A DNA stretch of 32,124 nt, from positions 1 to 32,124 of the forward strand of contig JAKQQL010000453.1 in the NCBI GenBank assembly GCA_029564175.1. Direction: 5' to 3'. Shown one piece after another: positions 28,635 to 32,124 of this stretch (its first letter is position 1; each line of letters starts with the position of its first letter). Below the pieces are notes generated by a model, which was not told where the DNA came from, ran no database searches, and saw only the letters and a list, made by a program, of their open reading frames with translations. The DNA is from Candidatus Cloacimonadota bacterium. Its GTDB lineage: Bacteria; Cloacimonadota; Cloacimonadia; Cloacimonadales; WRIO01. A program made the translations under genes and the position numbers.

Positions 28635-29543
28635 TTAACGATACTCCCTTGATATCATAAGGATTGAGACAACCAACACGATGACTGCAATCCACTGAGC
28701 CAGAGACAACTGGTTACCATGCAAAACCAAATCAAGCACAACTGCCGTTAAAGGAAAACATAATTCACAAATCGTTGAAATGGATGCCTTTACCTTTTTC
28801 AAACCATAGTAGTATAAAAATATAGCACCTGAGCCAGTCGTCAGAGAAATAATCAACATCACCAGCCAGTGTGTTAAGTTTGTTTGACCGTAGTTACTGA
28901 TATCTCCTGTAAATATGACCCAAAAGAGCATAAAAAAAGCAGTAAATCCATACCGATAAAATGTCGCAGTCTGAAATGAAAACTTCGTTGCTATATGTCT
29001 GCTGATCACCGTACCTGTCCCAAAAAACAGTGCAGCCAGTATGGCATAAAAATAAGCAAGCATTGCTGTATCGGAGAAATCTGCCTTGGGTAGTTTAAAC
29101 CCAAAAGACATGATATAAGCAGATAACACGGCAATCACAGACCACAACACAAAACGTTTATTAATTTGTTCTTTTAAAAAGATTACTGATAAGCAGATAG
29201 CAAACACAGGCTGTAATTTTTGTAATAATACAACAACGGTTAATTTCTGAAAATGAACTAAGAAGAGCGCTTTTACGATTGCCAGTGTGCCTAAAGAACC
29301 ACCGGTTAAAGCCAATAATCCAAATAGCAGATAATCGTTACGTTTGAAATGAGCCAGTTGTTTGTACTCTCTAAATAAAAAGAGATTCATCAACATAAAA
29401 GGCAGAAAATGTATGGCAAATACAACAAATCCAGGCTTGAGTTGATACAAATGCGGTGTCAGCAATATCCCGTCAGCACCCCATAAAGCAGCAGCGAGAC
29501 AGATTGCCAGAATATGAAATAAATAGTTTTTTTCTTTGCTCAT
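28635..29543 (-). CDS. EamA/DMT family transporter
   Basis: About 10 TM helices in two repeats; LQKLQPVFA..LS.IFLKE, LYYYGLKKVKAS, ELCFPLTA. Confidence 0.92.
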   Translation of the reverse strand: MSKEKNYLFHILAICLAAALWGADGILLTPHLYQLKPGFVVFAIHFLPFMLMNLFLFREYKQLAHFKRNDYLLFGLLALTGGSLGTLAIVKALFLVHFQKLTVVVLLQKLQPVFAICLSVIFLKEQINKRFVLWSVIAVLSAYIMSFGFKLPKADFSDTAMLAYFYAILAALFFGTGTVISRHIATKFSFQTATFYRYGFTAFFMLFWVIFTGDISNYGQTNLTHWLVMLIISLTTGSGAIFLYYYGLKKVKASISTICELCFPLTAVVLDLVLHGNQLSLAQWIAVIVLVVSILMISREYR

Positions 29544-30517
29544 TATTCTTTCATACCAGAAGAGGAATAGCTTTCAATAATGCTTCTCTGAGCAAATAAG
29601 AAAATAATGATAAGCGGAATAATACTAAATGATGAGGCTGCCATCAATAAAGTCGTTTGGGATGAGGCTTCCTGTGAAAAATAACTTAATCCTACCTGTA
29701 AAACTCTTAACTCAGGACTATTCGTCATAACTAATGGCCACATAAAGCTGTTCCATGAACCAATAATTGAGAAAACTGAGGCTGTCGCAATCACAGATTT
29801 GGATAAAGGCAAGATAATTGTCCAAAGAATTCTAAATGGACTGCAACCGTCAATTGCTGCAGCATCCAGCAGATCCTGAGGGATGGTTTTAAAATGCTGA
29901 CGCATCAGGAAAATGGTAAATATATTTGCTATCCAGGGGATTATCAGTGCATGGTAAGTATTGATCCAGCCCATTTTGTTTAATAAAATATAAGAAGGAA
30001 TAATGAATATAGGCTCTGGCACCATCATCATACTTATTAAAAAGTAAAACAGAAAATCCCTGCCCATAAAATGCATTCTGGCAAAAGCATAGGCTGAGAG
30101 TGCTGAGGTTACCAATACACCCAACAAGACCATGATCGCCATATAGATCGTATTAAGAAAATAACGGTTGAAAGGTACTTTTCGGAATGCCTCTGTATAG
30201 TTTGACCAGTGAAATTTGATTCGTTTTACATCTTTTATTTCATTTGTAGGCACTTTCAGATAGGATTTTACGATCTTGCTTTTTTCATTGATCAGATTGA
30301 TCACGGTACTGTCTTTTTCAGCCATCACCACTGAGACCTGATATTCTTTACCTTCATACATGTAGGATTTATATTGAACTACCGGATTAAAACCAGAACT
30401 GCCCTGATTGACTTCCAGCTGAGAACGCAAAGAGACTCCCAGCATCCACACAAAAGGAACAACCATTGTCAAACCGCAGATTATTAAAAGCACATAGATA
30501 AATGTATTTTTGATCAT
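29543..30517 (-). CDS. Carbohydrate ABC transporter permease (MalG/UgpE type)
   Basis: PFVWM..SL, HWSNY.EAF, AYAFARM.F.GR, EAA loop DLLDAAAIDGCS, WNSFMWPL. Confidence 0.94.
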   Translation of the reverse strand: MIKNTFIYVLLIICGLTMVVPFVWMLGVSLRSQLEVNQGSSGFNPVVQYKSYMYEGKEYQVSVVMAEKDSTVINLINEKSKIVKSYLKVPTNEIKDVKRIKFHWSNYTEAFRKVPFNRYFLNTIYMAIMVLLGVLVTSALSAYAFARMHFMGRDFLFYFLISMMMVPEPIFIIPSYILLNKMGWINTYHALIIPWIANIFTIFLMRQHFKTIPQDLLDAAAIDGCSPFRILWTIILPLSKSVIATASVFSIIGSWNSFMWPLVMTNSPELRVLQVGLSYFSQEASSQTTLLMAASSFSIIPLIIIFLFAQRSIIESYSSSGMKE

Positions 30518-30531
30518 GATATTTTCCTTTC

Positions 30532-31476
30532 CTAATAATGCACGTGTTTCTTTTCAAAATGCTTTTGAAGCATGGTTAAACTGAGAATAATAAAGAAAAG
30601 AACGAGTGCAATAGCACTGGCATAACTTAAATCCTGAAGATCAAAACCTTTTTCATAAATATAGTAAACAATCACTTTTGTTGTGCCGTCAGGTCCGCCA
30701 ATTGGAGGTCCTGTCATCAGATATACCTGTGAGAATACCTGGAAAGTCGTAATAGTTGTCATCATCAGCACATAATAAGTTGTTGGAGATATCAGGGGCA
30801 ACGTCAGTTTAAAAAACTGTCTTACTTTACTTGCGCCATCAATCTCAGCCGCTTCATAATAAGATTTAGAAATATTTTGCAATCCGGCAAGATAGATCAC
30901 CACATTATACCCGATGCTACGCCAGACCGTTACGATAATGATCGCAAACAGAGCCAGAGAAGGTCCGCCTGCCCATCCAGGCAATTCGATACCAAATGGT
31001 TCAAGCATCAGATAAAATATGCCCTTACTTTCTGCCAGCCATTTAAGAGGTTCAAATCCAAGAAATTTTAAAAAGCTGTTAGCAAGGCCGGTTTGCTGAT
31101 TAAAGATGATTTTCCAGATAATAGACAAAGACACTAATGACGTTACAAAAGGGATAAAATAAACTGTTCTGAAAAAACTCCGTAAAGCCTTGATCTGATT
31201 CAGCAATACCGCAAACAACAGAGAAAACACGATCGTCATTGGCACAACAAAGATCACCAGATAAAAGGTATTCAACATGGATTTCCAAAATTCCATATCT
31301 GTTAATAAGCGTTTATAATTGGCTAATCCGATAAAATCTCCCGGACCAGAAATTGTCCATTCAAAAAAACTGATAATAAAAGAACCAATAATCGGTATAA
31401 ATCTGAATAAGATGATGATCAGCAATGCGGGGAATATATACAACCAAGGACCTGTTTTATTGAGAAACTTGCGCAT
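30532..31476 (-). CDS. Carbohydrate ABC transporter permease (MalF/UgpA type)
   Basis: FIGLANY, FFRTVYFIP, YLAGLQNI, YYEAAEIDGAS, TLPLISPT, YASAIA. Confidence 0.95.
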   Translation of the reverse strand: MRKFLNKTGPWLYIFPALLIIILFRFIPIIGSFIISFFEWTISGPGDFIGLANYKRLLTDMEFWKSMLNTFYLVIFVVPMTIVFSLLFAVLLNQIKALRSFFRTVYFIPFVTSLVSLSIIWKIIFNQQTGLANSFLKFLGFEPLKWLAESKGIFYLMLEPFGIELPGWAGGPSLALFAIIIVTVWRSIGYNVVIYLAGLQNISKSYYEAAEIDGASKVRQFFKLTLPLISPTTYYVLMMTTITTFQVFSQVYLMTGPPIGGPDGTTKVIVYYIYEKGFDLQDLSYASAIALVLFFIILSLTMLQKHFEKKHVHY

Positions 31477-31597
31477 TTTTTATCTCCTTTTATAATTGGA
31501 ATATCAAAAAAGCATAATGGATTAAAAATGTCAAATAAAAAATGATTAAGACCTAATAAAGATTTCATTAATAATGACACATTCTCTTGATAGGATA

Positions 31598-31641
31598 TTT
31601 TCTTATTCTTTCCTTATTCCATCCTTATTGCTTCCTTATCC
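31598..31641. repeat. Dispersed 44-bp element of four phased 11-bp units (copy 2)
   Basis: CTTAT at 31602, 31613, 31624 and 31635; same orientation as, and 42/44 identical to, 9084-9127. Confidence 0.9.
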
Positions 31642-31747
31642 ATTCTTCTTCCCAATTTTTCACAAAAGAGGATATCATTTGCTACATTTTCATCATTATT
31701 CGTCAGCTTTATCAAAAATTAGTCTTCAAAATGATTATCCTCTCAGA

Positions 31748-31866
31748 AATGAGTGGATCAGTGGATTTCCTATGGATTATTATAAAACAGTATCCACCTC
31801 AATAACTCATTGTTATTTTTATCTTTACACGCTAAAAGTGGATAAGTGGATTTTTTTTGTGTAAAG
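31748..31866. repeat. Cluster of AGTGGAT octamer repeats with nested inverted repeats
   Basis: AGTGGATCAGTGGATTT (31752) and AGTGGATAAGTGGATTT (31837); inverted ATCCAC (31792); CTTTACAC/GTGTAAAG (31823/31859). Confidence 0.75.
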
Positions 31867-31911
31867 GGAGCGAACAATTCCCATCCTGTGGAGGGGAGGT
31901 ACATTTAATTG

Positions 31912-31984
31912 TGAATTATAAATGATGAATGATGAATGAGCTAAATATCTCTTTTTTCGTGTTTTTCGTGTCTTTTCGTGGCAA
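31912..31984. repeat. Short tandem repeats: AATGATG heptamers and TTTTCGTG x3
   Basis: TGAATTATAAATGATGAATGATGAATGA (31912-31939); TTTTCGTG at 31954, 31963 and 31973. Confidence 0.75.
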
Positions 31985-32074
31985 TAATTAAAAAAAATTC
32001 CAGAAATTCCTCATTTTGTCCGGGTAATATAAGTAGAGGATGCATCACTCGAAAATACTAAAGAGGAGGAAACC

Positions 32075-32124
32075 ATGCGTGTTTACCTTAAGAAAAACAT
32101 TACTGCCTATTCAGGCAAAGACAA
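32075..32124 (+). CDS. Start of a hypothetical protein, truncated by the window end (MRVYLKKNITAYSGKD...)
   Basis: Strong GAGGAGG RBS 5 nt before ATG 32075; frame open to the window end. Confidence 0.75.
   Translation, partial: MRVYLKKNITAYSGKD

Noticed and set aside
1169..31288. Short antisense or alternate-frame ORFs inside long genes (e.g. 1169-1420, 6044-6418, 10566-10868, 19261-19566, 23143-23373)
   Set aside because: Wholly or largely nested in well-supported genes, lacking RBS and motifs; expected shadow ORFs.
9084..31641. The two 44-bp direct repeats as attL/attR of a 22.5-kb integrated element
   Set aside because: The enclosed DNA is core genes (rlmN, PBP1A, hup, bS22) and contains no integrase.
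31630..31860. Chromosomal oriC (DnaA box cluster)
   Set aside because: No perfect TTATCCACA; only one single-mismatch box; no dnaA, dnaN, gidA or rpmH nearby in the window.
31574..31864. 96-aa and 72-aa plus-strand ORFs
   Set aside because: They translate the 11-mer and AGTGGAT repeats, have no RBS and show low-complexity composition.

Overview
AT-rich bacterial chromosomal window, mostly core or housekeeping genes. The gene content suggests an FCB-group anaerobe such as Cloacimonadota (inference only). Minus strand, left part: heterodimeric MdlAB-like ABC exporter (second gene runs off the window start), alaS, a double-parvulin + TPR foldase, and a tightly coupled run of FMN-binding protein, Gx transporter, PBP1A, GT2, GlmU-like protein, PSP1/RicT and rlmN. 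Plus strand, centre: a six-gene operon joining a partner-switching module (membrane PP2C/SpoIIE phosphatase, STAS anti-anti-sigma, RsbW-like kinase) to a polar amino acid ABC importer. Then HU/IHF, a 29-aa bS22 ribosomal protein missed by the ORF track, and YhcH. Right part, minus strand: GT8-like protein, DUF523, znuABC, EamA and two sugar ABC permeases, followed by a repeat-rich ~600 bp intergenic region and a truncated gene. Best candidate for an undescribed system: the ABC ATPase of the central operon carries a C-terminal, catalytically degenerate RsbW-like domain, the operon has no sigma factor, and its binding domains are circularly permuted. This suggests a partner-switching cascade wired directly to a transporter. 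A 44-bp element of four helically phased 11-mers occurs twice, 22.5 kb apart. No rRNA, tRNA, CRISPR array, transposase or integrase was recognised.
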